Origin: Nageia nagi
Taxonomy: Eukaryota > Plantae > Pinophyta
Direction of reading: 5' to 3'
DNA length: 64,000 nt
Assembly: GCA_050084985.1 (NCBI GenBank)
Contig: JBITNC010000001.1
Coordinates: 185,504,001-185,568,000, forward strand
Position numbers and translations under genes: made by a program. Below are positions 11,000 to 24,279 of this stretch, in pieces; positions within the stretch are counted from its first letter, which is position 1, and each line of letters opens with the position of its first letter. The notes under the pieces are model-generated. The model worked only from the letters and a program-made list of their open reading frames with translations. It searched no databases and was not told the origin of the DNA.

Positions 11000-13900
11000 T
11001 TCCATGTAGACCATTTATCCTATTGAAGGGTTGAGACATGGAATGGGACTTTCAATAAGTCCAGTAACATTTTCCTCTTTTCTAATTAGTCAATTTACCC
11101 TATCTAATGGGTGAAACATGGGTGAGACTTCAACACAACAACTAACATTTTCATTTCCAATTAACCATATCCAAGGTGTGAAATGTAGGTGGAACTGTAG
11201 TTAGTATTCAATGATTCCAAAAGCTTTTCCTATAGGTCCTTTCATATAAACTTGTTCAACTTGCATACATTTAACTTCAAGCCATTGGCATCAACAATTA
11301 TTTCTTCATCCAACTTTCAGATTTTGTCCATTAAGTCTCATAAACTCAACTTAAAAATGACTAAAGAATCATATGACCATATAAGGATTTAGTATTTTAT
11401 GGCTTTCAAATCATTAATCAATAGCTAGGCCTCCATAATCCCTTTAAAATTGGTCTACAACTATGTCATTTCTATGAGTGCTCCTCCATCAAAAAATTAT
11501 ATGCCAATGGTTTGTAGTATAACCTTCAACTTTTTATATATTACCCTAAATTTTGATTACATCCATTTAAATTTCTCTTATGGTATTAGAAAATACCCAT
11601 GGTAAAAGAATAATTTATCACACACCCTCATTTGGATGATAGTTGTTGTACCTCAATTCTTTCTTTAGCTTAGAAAAAATTGGATATTTTCTTCCCACAT
11701 CTTCTTTGTTGTTATTATAATTTTTTCCATATCTTTCATTTCTTTCCTTATGCATAAAAACTAAGTTAATACATCATATGCATGATATAATGTATCGAGC
11801 AATTTTAGATGAGTGCTTCAACCTTCTTGGTAAAAGAATCCCCCTTATAGTAATTAATATTTAAAATATTTTCATCAAATGTAAAGGACTCTAGTTCTTG
11901 CATTTGGCTTTTTCTTGTTTTAATTTCCCATCCAATTCTTTGATCTTCTATTTTTATTGGTTCACTAACTTTTGGATATGATCCAAATCTAATTTTCCCA
12001 TATAAGTAGTCGCATATTCATCTATTTTTCCAATATCATACTTATCTACATGAATCCTGAGAGTAGTTTTATCCTTGGGCTTTTTTTTATTACTATATAT
12101 CTTCTTCACTAAAATATACCCATTGAAACCAATACTTGGGAAACTTTGAAGCAATTTGGGAGGCTTGGAGGGGGTCCTATCATCATCATCACCACCATCA
12201 TATGTAATATCATTATTATCACTCTTGCTCATAGCTTGCAAAATTTTCAAGTATGAATTGAAATCTACCCCTTCCAACCAAGTTCCATCATTCACTTGAT
12301 GAGGTTACTAGGGTGGGTTCATAGGAATGAGTTGCTTCTTTAAAGCTTAGTCATGTTCATCTTGATTTCTCTTCTTTCTTCATTTGAGGTTTTCATCATC
12401 ACTATCACCCCCATTGTCTTATTCTCATCCTCCTTCGAGGTCTACATTTATTAAACCTCCCATGGTGATTTTATTTTTAATTATAACTATGCTTTTAGTT
12501 GTGGTATTTTCTAAGATTGTCTCAATCCATGAGTGGATGTTGAATCTCTCCCCAAGTATGTATTGGTACTATATTTTCCTCTATCCTACCTTTTAGGTCA
12601 AGGGTTATCTCACCTTCCTCCTTGAAACCTATAACATTCACAAATTCATTTTCACTTCCACTTTTATTTTTATAGTGGCTTCCACTTCTTGAAGATGATC
12701 TTCTTGAACTCCTTGATCTTTGGATACCTACTTCATCCTCATCCTCATCTTCTTCTTTTTTAGATCCTATTGATATAGATACTTCTGTATCTTGAGGCTC
12801 ATTTTCCTTCTCCTTTCTAGAGAGTGCTTCCAAATTGGTTTAATCCTCTTGGTTAAAATCTTGCTTCAATTCTTGTAATAGCTCATATATACCACCATAT
12901 TCCAAGGATTCTTTAATAATGTAAGTATTTTTTAATAAATCAATGATATTCGCATCCATTATTATCCCAAACTTATCAATTTTTGCTATGGTCATTTGAC
13001 TAAAGGATTCTTTTAGGGTTACTTTTCATTACAAAGGTGCTAAAGGTCTTCTTAAAATTTCACTATCAATGGGTGAAGAATCATTATTATTTTTTTCTTA
13101 TTTTTCTCTTGCTTCTATTCCTATTTTATCTTCTTAGCTATATCTAGGATTTTAATATCCAAGATCACATTATGGTATCTCTCAATGTTACCTAATAATT
13201 TTTAATAAAATGATGATTTTAAATTAGATTTAACTTTATCATTCCATATGGAACATAAATTTCATTCCATTTATTTTCCATAAACCATAAGTGTCAAGCT
13301 CTTGGGCCATTATGTCTTCTTCAATCCACATGTTGTATGCATAGTAACCCAAACAAAAAGGAAGCCTAATCATTCCCACCCTTTTCCTCAATAGTTTATT
13401 ATATTGGTATTTTAATTACATCATAACTTCAAATATCATGAGCTTATTACTCACATATTTAGGCAATTCTATAGTTTCTAACTAAATTCCATACACCTAG
13501 ATATAAGAATTATCTCTTCTAGGTAGAAATCGGCTAACCCCTTAATGGATTTCCTTGCTTATTATAAAATCCTCTCTATCCAATCAAGTCCTTTTTACTC
13601 CTTTTATATGGCATATTATCAATTATCATTTCTCATTCATACATCATTCCATTTATTCTTTATTTTTCATTTAGGATACATCACATAGAAAAAAAATGCT
13701 AGATTACATAATCAAGTCTTCAACATCAATGGCCTTTGATCTATTCTTCCCATGAAGCAAGAGGTAAACCAAATAAGAATTCATATAAAATTTGAATGTG
13801 GCCTAATAGTTGAGATTTGTTTGATTAAATCATCATCAATTATGATGCTCCACCTTATTCTTCTCTCTTCACCAATGTTTAGAAGGAAACCCAAAAAATC

Positions 13901-14493
13901 CTTCTTGAATAATGCATTTATATAGATTGGTTGATGACTTGACATAGAAAGCTTAATAAAACATGAGTGCTTTATTAAAACCATACTCTATCTACTACCA
14001 TGAACCTTCGATTATCTAATTCTTGGTACTAAATTTTTAGTAGATATTTGATAACATTAGTTGGTTTGCGAAGTTTGTTGAACTTGGCCTTAGACTGCTC
14101 TTCACCATATGCAATCATTCAATTTGATCAGTTGAAACCTACTTCTATTCCTTTAAGTATGATGTTGTTGGTGTAGTATCTAAGGATTCTATGATCCACA
14201 TCTAAGTGATCTACTATTACAAATATAAGCTTTAAGAAATGCTCAACAAAAGGAAATACTACAACTCTGAATAGTTTGAAGGAGTAGACAAGATCATTCC
14301 TCTTTTATTTTTTAAACAATTTATCTACATATGCATTCATATTATTTGGGTCATTGTTACTTTGCTTTATGTCTTGGATATCCTTCAACCTTTCATGGAA
14401 AATATTATCTTGCAATGTAATCACTTCTTTATGTAGCTTAATTAAATAAGCCTTCATAAGTCTCTTTGTTGCTTTCTCCTTTTGGGTTGTCAT
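11000..14493 (-). pseudogene. Retroelement accessory ORF remnant, copy B (~1100 codons, unknown function)
   Basis: Collinear minus-strand ORF pieces 14305-14493, 12522-12833 and 11954-12295; homologous to copy A and to 26.5-27.9 / 29.4-30.9 kb; charged, coiled-coil-like C-terminus. Confidence 0.72.
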
Positions 14494-15423
14494 CTTAGAA
14501 AATAATTGTATTAGTTAGATCTCATATTTTGATATTTGAATATTTCATTATTAAGTCACATCGAGATCCTAATTTACAATCTTCTTTAGGCCCATCATAA
14601 CCATCTTTGAAATGGAAACCAACTTTACCCTTAGTTGGGTGCAAATGTTTGTTAATTAGCCATGCACTTTTATTTTCATCATCCTCAAATCCATGACCAC
14701 AAGCTTATAAGATTTACTAACTTTTTTGTTTGGTCATATCGAGGAGGGCTACTATTGTAGCTTGCTTCATTATTTTATCATAGTTTTTAATTCAACCTAC
14801 CATTCTATTTTATTTCTTAGGTTGGAACAATTAATGAATTTAGAATCATGAGCATTATTCATTGTTATGTTCAAATCTTCAACCTTATTCTTGCCTTCAA
14901 ATTTTTCTAACTCTTTACCTTGATTGAGTTTAGGAGGTAACTAACAATGTTTTGATATTTAGTCATCATCCCCATTAATATGATCATGCTCTTGATAAAA
15001 TTTTGAATTAGGTTGGGAAGATTTATGACTTAGCTTGTTCACTTTGTGTCAACACTCTCTTTGATCTCACCCACAAGATGTGCATTTTCCCTTTGGTCAT
15101 ATTGAAACCATTAAAAACTATTCATCGCATATTTTTTTGTTTTTGATGTATTGAATATTACCTATGATGACTTAAAAAAAATTATCTTTCTAGGTTATCA
15201 TCATTGCTTTCATGTTTCTATCACTTTACCTTGGCACCTATGACCATAATCTTGTTAATCAGACTAAGACAAGGTATAAGGGGAGGTTTTCCCATACTTA
15301 TCATCATCAACCTCATAGATATGACTAGTTTTAGTTAGGTGTTTTAGCTTCATGTAGAGACCTTAACACCTCATATTCAACTTTGATTTGACCTACTACA
15401 ATGTTATCTACTAGGGGGTCTTG

Positions 15424-15485
15424 TATTTATAGGCAAACAATGGTAAAGTGGAGACATATGTTTGTGATTAGATAGGACATGCGTC
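15424..15485 (-). promoter_or_regulatory. TATA box and GACA(C/T)-type boxes ahead of accessory ORF B
   Basis: tatttatagg..ggagacatatgtttgtgattagataggacatgcgtc; counterpart of 9155-9215. Confidence 0.55.
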
Positions 15486-15734
15486 ACCTAATGGATGACT
15501 TAGATTAATTAAGGTACATGCAATAAAAACTAGGCTTAGTATATTAGTCAAGTTAATGAAGGTGCTTACAATCCAATTAAAGTTGACTTTAATTAGTCAT
15601 TCAATTTGACCAAGAGGTGACATTGGTCGAGTCAAGAGGGTTGATAATGAACTTTTGGTGTAAGGTCATCAAGGGGTTTAATTTGACTAAAGGAAATAAA
15701 TTGATATAACATTATTGTATACATGATATTTTAT

Positions 15735-15935
15735 TTGTACTTCACTTATTAATTATGCAATTATTAATATGTTAATTATCACTTATGGATATACAATTAT
15801 CACTTATAGATATGTTATTATCACTTGCAAATATAATTTTATCACTTACTTATGTTTCCTTTTAGATACTTGATAAGTACACATGAATATATGTATTGAA
15901 AGATACTTATGAATATGAGTGATTTATCACTCTAT
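15735..15935. repeat. Degenerate ~20 bp tandem repeat (ttatcacttat core)
   Basis: ttatcactt recurs at about 15776, 15797, 15817, 15839 and 15924. Confidence 0.75.
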
Positions 15936-16332
15936 TATGTACTTTAATCCTTCATTATGTTTGTATCATTAGTTCAATTACTTTATGATGCATCTTATTC
16001 ATCTTGTATATATATGAGCTTCTTGTCACATACAAGCTACTAAATTTTCAAGCATGAAGGCTATCAAGTTTGTTGGTGGATATCAAAGTGACATGATTGA
16101 TAATGGATATATTCTTTATTAGATGGAAAATTTACTTGGGGATACATTTTGTATTCAAGTTAACATGTATGTAAATGAATATGTAATCACTAAGACCATA
16201 TTTGGTTAAATGGAATTGTATAAAACCACTTTTTTAAATGGTTAAGTTGCATGAATCTTGTGTTTTTTTCTTATCCTTGAGTGTATTTTTAAGAGGAAGA
16301 ACATTATTTTAATTTCACAACTCAATATTTGC

Positions 16333-17040
16333 TTAAGAGGGAGTGTTATAACTTATAATGGAATATTATTTATGTGTAAATAACTTAGGTATGTTCCTAA
16401 TTAATTGAAAATTATAGGAATATATGTAACACCTATGTTAGGAGGAAGAGAATTTTTAATGATATGGAATAATCCATTTATTATAAATTGTGGATTATCC
16501 ATATATGAAAAATATAGAGCCCCATATATTTTTGACTAGGAGTATTTCCACTTTTGTATGTAAACCCACATACTTATGATAAAAATATGGGGATATGTAA
16601 CTATTAAATAAGCATGGGTGGAAAGCCTTCCACCTACCATTCTCACCTAATATGAGGATATGTATATCCTATAAAATATGGTATTCTACTTTGGTAAAAG
16701 GGTTAACCAAAGTGGAATTTTAGCCTATAAAAGGATTCGTATGCCTTGATATAAAACACATAGTTTTAAATGCCACTATTATGCTAGTATTATTAAGCTA
16801 GAATAGAGATAGCTCATGTTAGGAGATTTAGGCATTATAGAAAAAATTATTTGTAAAGCCTTTGAAAGATTAATATATTGATGTTAAAGTGGATGTTTCC
16901 TCTTGAAGTACAAATATAGGTTTTACTATTATATATTAGTGTTATTATGAGCTTGTATTTGTGATATTAAGTAGGTTGATTAAGAGTTAATGATTTGGAG
17001 ACACAAGTGATCTTGGTTATGGAATCCTTAAATTCCATCA
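16333..17040 (+). mobile_element. Ty1/copia-type PPT plus 3' LTR (16344-17040)
   Basis: ttaagagggag|TGTTATAAC ... gcctataaaagg TATA (~16725) ... AATTCCATCA. Confidence 0.72.
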
Positions 17041-17760
17041 TACAATTATCCTTCTCTCCAAGGGAAAGGTAAATGTATTTTTGGTGGATATAGTATTCAA
17101 TTACCATTTTCTAAAACCCAAAGTTCTTGTATGAAATATTTTAATTCTCATCCTTCCATCCTCTATTGCTCCCATTTGATTCAAAATTTTTTCAACCTTT
17201 TGATTCAAGTGCACTTAGAAAAAGCTATAGCTTTGATACCATTTGTTAGACTATAAAATAAAATAGTTTTTATTGAGAAATTATTGAACTTGAATAAGAA
17301 CTAAATGCCCAAATAAGATAACAATATTTAAACCAAGCACACAAAGGAGAGGAGATAAGTTTTCATGTTGTTCACTAGATGTGAGCTACATCTATCAAGA
17401 AGTTTTCAATCCTTGATTTACTATAAATCTTACAAGTCCTATAAGAGTCATATCAACATCATAACCTTGCTACAAAACCTCTCTTTGGAGTACAATAGAG
17501 CCTCAATACAAAATCTTAATCTCTCTCCAACCTAGCTTGCATCAAACTACACAATATCACATAAGATACCAGATTTAACATTACAACCTCAAACCCCACA
17601 ATTTATAAGAGTGTTACCATTCACATTTGAACCAAAAGTGGTTAAGGAATCACTAACATTTCATAGTGATTGTAACCCTTATCTATAAAATTATGGCTTG
17701 ATGAAGAGTACATTTGAATGCCTAAAATAGAATAATAATGTCTTTTTTTTTCATCCTGCA
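17041..17760 (-). mobile_element. Ty1/copia 5' end: LTR, tRNA-Met PBS and gag start
   Basis: Minus strand ..TCTAACA-aa-TGGTATCAAAGC (PBS 17230-17241), then frameshifted MGAIEDGRMRIKIF../NFGF*KMVIE (cf. FDGxNFGFWKMQIE). Far LTR boundary uncertain. Confidence 0.72.
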
Positions 17761-20700
17761 TTAGAATAATTAACCCCCATGATCAACTCTTAGAATACTA
17801 GATAATATTATAGTGTCTAAAATTCCCCCTTTACTTATCAACCTACCATTTGGCTAATTAATATGCTGATGATGCATGATTGACCCTATGAGTATTAGTA
17901 AGAAATAGAGTCTTGAAAATCCAAATCTTAGTCTATGGATCAAGATCCTTACTCAAAATTGGTGATATATTTTAGGCCAAATTTGATGATATTAAGCAAT
18001 TATGCCAAACTACTCTAGATCTACTATGGGACAAGATAAGTTTGTTCATATCCCAATTGTAGAATTTACTAAAGGAGTGAGTGGAGTAAGTAAAATAGAA
18101 ACTAGAAATCTTCTAAAAAATATTAAAACTAATATTATGAGTTATTTTACCACATAATTAGACACTTTTGAAGAAACCCAGAATAAAGAATAAACATAAA
18201 AGATACTATTAATATACCACCCTAGAATGTCAACTTAATAAAATAAAAAATTGCAATATTTTTCAATAACACCATAAGACATAAGAAAGTCCTATAATTC
18301 TAGGGATAAAAAATACTTATCAAATAAGAATGCAAGAGGTTTATTTTTTCAACCAAAGGAAAATAGGATTCATGTCTTTTTAGTTTCAACCATGACCATA
18401 GGGAATGTGCAACTGGAAAACTTATAAGAAATAAATTTTTTAGTCATTTCAAGGGAAGAAAGGACCATATACTTCACAACAAAACTCATGGAATTGTCAA
18501 TGGTAGAATTTCCAAGATGCACATAATTCATAATGGAATAATAATTAGCAATTCCCATAATAGTTCCCTCAATAAAAATAGAATCAATTTGGAAAAAATA
18601 ACCATGTTCATCTACCCTCAATAATTAGTAACCATATTTACCTACACCTTCTAATCAATAAGTTCCAACATAAAGATCTTATTTACAGCTACTAACCCAA
18701 CCAATCCCAATTTCAATCATCAAATGAGCATATATATGTATGCAATTATTTATTCCATTTGGGATTAATGTTGTATAATTAAGATCTAACAAAGTGGTAG
18801 TAGACAACTTTGTTCCAATAGTGGAAGAGGAAGGAGAAAATGAGGAAGCACCAGATGGAGAATCTATAGTTCAACATACCCCAAGCCCACCTAATCAATA
18901 AAAAAAATTAAAAAAAAAACCATTTTGAGAATGGTTAGTACTTTAAAAAGAACTCAAGAAGAAAAAAATTGATTTCTTATGATAATTAACAAATCTATGT
19001 TCAAATTAATTTGATACAAGAATTAAAGGATGTGCGTATCTATACTAATATTATAAGAGACTTATGTATCAAAAGACCAATATGGAAAAAGAAAGATACA
19101 AAAACTAATCAATTAGTTGGGAAATTATTTGATAACATGTTAGGAATAATATTCACACCCAAATATTCTATTCCTAGAAGTATAATGATAGATGTATTCA
19201 TCAATGGTATAATGATTTGTAGAGTCCTACTTGATCTAGAATCAATCATAAATGTAAGGATAAAGGATAAAATAAATAAATTATCCTCATCAAAACTTAG
19301 ACCCACTCCAACTATTTTATAGATGGATAATAAATCTACTATAACTCTTGAGGGGATAATTAAATACATAGTGGTTAAATGGAATCTTGGGAATATCTAG
19401 TAGATATTGTGGTTCTAAAACCTAAGTCCAACTTAGGTGGATATCCCATAATCCTAGGTTGACATTGGTTAGCCATAATTTATGCTTATATCCAAAGGTT
19501 CATTCAAACAATGTTTGGTTTGTAACCTCTAAACTATCCATAGAGGTATAAAAACCACTATAGATACACCAAGTTATAATTACACTAATTCTTATGTTAG
19601 GTGATGTCCCTAAGGATAAAATCACAAGATTAGGACATGGAAATTAATGATTATATTCAAAATGAACCATTATTAGTATACTATAGCTACATTATCAATA
19701 TAAATCCTTGTAAAAGAATCCATAAAAGAATATCCCAACAAAAAGATGGTATAATTACTCCTAGAAAAATTCCTCAACATTAATAGAAACTTAGAAGAGG
19801 ATCAAGAAAACATGTGATTCAAAGGAGGTAGACTAGTGTATTTTCTTGTACCTATGAATAAATTAAGGAAATCAAATCTCATCTCCCCACTAATCATATT
19901 TACCTAAATCAATATGTACATCTAGTAAGATAACTCTAGTGAAGGATAAATCTAACCATGAAAGATGTTGTCAAGGATGGGATGCAAAGGCTATGGAAAT
20001 CTAACTTTATATATCCCATATTATATATTCAATGGGTTTCCCCATTAGTAATTATACTAAAAAGAATAAAAAGTGGAAGATGTGTAAATTACAAGGAGCT
20101 AAATAAATCCACCAAGAAGGATCACTTTCCATTACCCTTTATTGATCAGATATTGGACACACTAAATACTTCTCCTTCTTAGATGAATTTAGAGGCTATA
20201 ACCAAGTTCAAATTCTTCTAAAAGAGTAAGAAAAAACTACTTTCACTTATAATTGAGGTACTAATTCTTATAAGGTATTACCATTTGGTTTGTATAATGC
20301 CCCAAAAACTTTTTAGAGAGTTGTCTTAAGTATATTTTCTGATTTCACTAATGATTATGTGGAATTTACATAGATGATATCACAATTTATGGTGATTATT
20401 TTAATGTTTCTTTGAAAAATGAAAAAGTATTGTAAATATGTTAGGAAACCAATATCTATTTAAGCCATGAAAAGTATCATATGATAATTATTTAAGAGAT
20501 TATCCTTGGGCATAATATCTCATCTACTAGAATCAATGTGGATCTTGCAAAGATTGATCTCATTCGAAATCTACCATCACCTTAGAAAAAAAAGATGTTC
20601 AAAGTTTCTTAGGGCATGTTGGCTATTACAAAAGATTAATTAAGGAATTTAATAAGGTGGTTGCACCATTAACCACATTATTATACAAATATAAGAACTT

Positions 20701-20998
20701 CATTTAATGCCAAAAGTCATATGAACTTATGAAGACTTAACTCATCACAACACATATCTTGAGAGGTGTTGATTGGGTATAGCCATTCCATATAGACACA
20801 AATGCCTTCAACATAGCTTTGGGAGTAGTTCTAGGACAAAAAAATGGGCATACATCATAAGCACAAAGGATGTAGAACTTATCATAGAAAAATAATTTCT
20901 TTCAATAGTTTATGCAATCAACATATTCAATCATTATATTACATGATACCACATTCATCCATTAGGTATATATGGTAGGATCATTATATGGATATTGA

Positions 20999-21269
20999 TA
21001 CTACTGATACTACTACTACTACTACTATCACCACTACTACCATGACTACAATGACTACCACCACTACCACCACCACTACCACTACTAACACTACCACCAC
21101 CACCACCACCACCACCACCACCACCACCACCACTACTACTACTACTACCATTATGACTATGACTACTACTACTACTACCACTATGACTACTACTACTACT
21201 ACCACTATGACTATTACTACTACTACTACCACCACTATGACTACTACTACTACTACTACCACCACTATG

Positions 21270-21304
<35 letters not shown>

Positions 21305-21378
21305 CACCACCACCACTACTACTACCACTACTACCATTACTACTACCACTACTACCACTACAACCACTACTACTACTA
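20999..21378. repeat. Compound (ACT/ACC)n microsatellite, tract 1
   Basis: Seen directly; contains a higher-order unit ACC-ACT-ATG-(ACT)n repeated 4-5 times. Confidence 0.97.
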
Positions 21379-21427
21379 TAGGAATTTAATATCACTATTA
21401 TTGAAAATCTTGGTAAGGATAATGTGG

Positions 21428-21477
<50 letters not shown>

Positions 21478-21525
21478 CTACTACTCCTACTACTACTACT
21501 ACTACTCCTACTCCTACTCCTACTC

Positions 21526-21562
<37 letters not shown>
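21428..21562. repeat. (ACT)n microsatellite with CCT interruptions, tract 2
   Basis: Seen directly; flanked by identical 47 bp pol segments at 21381-21427 and 21564-21610. Confidence 0.97.
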
Positions 21563-23769
21563 AGGAATTTAATATCACTATTATTGAAAATCTTGGTAAG
21601 GATAATGTGGCTATATATTTCTTATCATAGCTAACCAATGATATTGATAATCAAATTATTAATGATAACTTCTCAAATGAGCACCTTTTTTAGTCATGAT
21701 ACAAACACTATGGTTTACAAATTTGGCTAACTATCTAGTTGTAGGGAAACTTCCATAATATTTTTCCTATAAGAAAAAGACTAGATTGATTCATCAAATC
21801 CATGCTTCTAGCTGGATAGATGACTAACTATTCAAAAATGGAACTAATAATATAATGAGAAGATCAATATGTGAAGATGACATCATTGATATTATAAGGG
21901 CATACCATGATGAATCCTATGGAGGTCATTTTGTAACAAAAAGAACAACCTTGAAGATATTACATACATGTTACTACTAGCACATAATATTCAAGGATTT
22001 AGTTAATTATGTTTATCAATGTGATGAAGGTTAACAAGGAGGAAAGCCCACCAAATCATATGAGATTCCTCTCTAGCCTCAAATCTCCATTGAACAATTT
22101 GAAAAGTAAGGATTAGATTTTATAGGGCCAATTAATGTAACTTTAAATCAATTTAAATATATAATAGTATGAGTGAACTATGGTACAAAATGGATGAAGA
22201 TCAAACCTCTTCATTACCCTAGAAAAGAGCAAGTTTCTTATTTCATGTATGAGGAAATATTCACTAAATATGGGGTACCTCAAGAAATTATCACTAACAA
22301 AGGAACCAAGTTCACTTCCCTACTTATTGAAGATATTATTAAGGAGTATGATATTTACCATATAAAATACACTCCCTATCATCCTTAGTCAAATGGAAAA
22401 GTAGAAGTTAATAACAAAAAACTGGAGAATATCTTCACCAAGATATTTGCATTGCATAGAACGTATTGGGCACAACACCTACCTAAAGCTATATGGCCCT
22501 GCAACATTGCATAGAAAACTAGTACAAGAATATAATCATTATGAAATCATCTATGGAAAATAATTATTACTTCCCATCAAGTTTTAAATTCAAAATCTCA
22601 TGAATGCCTTCCAATTGAGCATGGAAATAACTATAACAAAAAATAATGTATTGGTAAGCTACATTCTTTAGATGAAATGTGCTTGCAAGCATTGTAATGT
22701 TTGAATATGGAATGATTTCTTCATCAAAAGTAAACTTTACCAACTTGGTGACTAGGCATGTCTATTTGACTTCAAATATATGGATTTTAGAGGAAAATTT
22801 CAAAATCATTGATTAGGTCCCTATGAAGTAGATATAGTATTTGATAATGGAGCTATAAACTATGTACCATTAATGATGATCATACTCCTCTAATGGTGAA
22901 TGTGAACCACTTTAATATGTATTATCTAAGGAGGGCTTCATCTGATCTTCTTAGGAATGCAAAAATCACTCCAATGGAACATGGTTCCACCAACCTTCGA
23001 CCTACATCTTTTGATTGTATCCCAAAATTTTGCCAATTATTATTGATTTTTAGAAGAATTAATACTTCTATTATTTTGAGCATTACGTAAGAGTCAACTT
23101 CCACCTCTATTTATTGTACAACTATTCCTTTTTATACATAAGTTTTTACAATTTAATGTAGTTCAAATTTTCCTATCCTTAGGATGTCCTCCTTCCTATC
23201 CCACAAGAGTTCATCTTTGCATATCTCCTTTTTTCTTCATTGACCATGAGTATTGACCATTCCCTACCATAATCACTAACCTCAATGCTTACATTTCATA
23301 AAATATTGTGTGGAATTATCCCATCATCAACCAATCATGTTATTCATATCATAATATGTGACATATTAGGGAAGGACACCATATGTCATCTCATTATTTC
23401 CAACATACTTGGGCATCTCATATAATTTATCATATCATTCATCCAATTTTGTGCCCATCATTTCTTAAACCTCCTAAATCATCCATAGAATGATTTTGTA
23501 GCAATCCATTACATTAACTCCCCTAATACACATTGATGATTGTATCACTCCCATAATGCTACTATTATTATTCCCTATTATTATATCACAATATTTGTAC
23601 AACTATGGATAACTATCATGTTTCAATTTGGGGGAGAGTAGTTGGTACGATTCACCACCTTGGTTTGAAAAATTACCAAATTAAGACCCTCCACCATGCA
23701 AACATATTTACAAACATAATTCCTTACAGCAAAACTAGCAACAACACAAAAAAACCATGGCCAATAACC

Positions 23770-24130
23770 ACTAGCATGAGAATTTATCCACAAAGGAATT
23801 AAGAGCATAACCTTTAGTAGTAGAACTTTCCATAGGAGTAGGGTGGATGCAGTACATAGAATGATTAGAAGGATTTGACCAATTGATTGTGTAGGAGTTT
23901 GCACAAACATGAATAAAGTAGTAATGAAGGGATTGAGGGTATCTATATCAAAGGAATATATTGTAGTTTTTACACACTTGGCTAGGATAAGATATTTATG
24001 GTTTAAAACAAACTTGATGGAAAGCAAGAAAGAATTCTTGATGATAATGGAGAAAGACAAGCTAGATGAATTATCACCAAGGAATCAAGCATAAATCTCT
24101 ACTAGGCTAATGGAAGGAGGTAGTGTATCA
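23770..24130 (+). pseudogene. N-terminal fragment of a post-integrase extra ORF
   Basis: WMQYIE*LEGFDQLIV*EFAQ..VMKGLRVSISKEYIVVFTHL...WFK downstream of INT in the same orientation. Confidence 0.45.
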
Positions 24131-24279
24131 TTTTATTACCTATCTCATTGCAAAGGTATATATTATATAGTGTTTTATCACCATTTAAAAATCCTAATTC
24201 ATTTACAACATGAGAAATTCACTAATATGCGATATTTGTTGAGTAAACCATGCAAGCCATAGATTCAAAGTATAGATAA

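Larger units (their letters stand above)
17800..24130 (+). mobile_element. Degenerate Ty3/gypsy non-chromovirus (Athila-like) internal region: gag/PR-RT-RH-INT plus a 3' ORF fragment
   Basis: PR VLLDLESIINV (~19225); RT FIYPI..WVSPLV..KDHFPLPFIDQILD (19958-20182); RH ..LLQEFNITI..GKDNV..FLS; INT GGHF, GLDFIGP, YGVPQEIIT, TPYHP*SNGKVE, GPYEV; no aRH seen. Confidence 0.9.

Noticed and set aside
21381-21610. Identical 47 bp direct repeats resembling a CRISPR repeat pair
   Set aside because: Only two copies, the repeat is RNase H coding sequence, the spacer is a microsatellite, the context is eukaryotic and there are no cas genes
20955-21638. Five overlapping ORFs encoding poly-Ser/Gly, poly-Val, poly-Thr, poly-Tyr and poly-Leu
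   Set aside because: They are reading frames of a trinucleotide microsatellite inside a dead pol gene, not proteins
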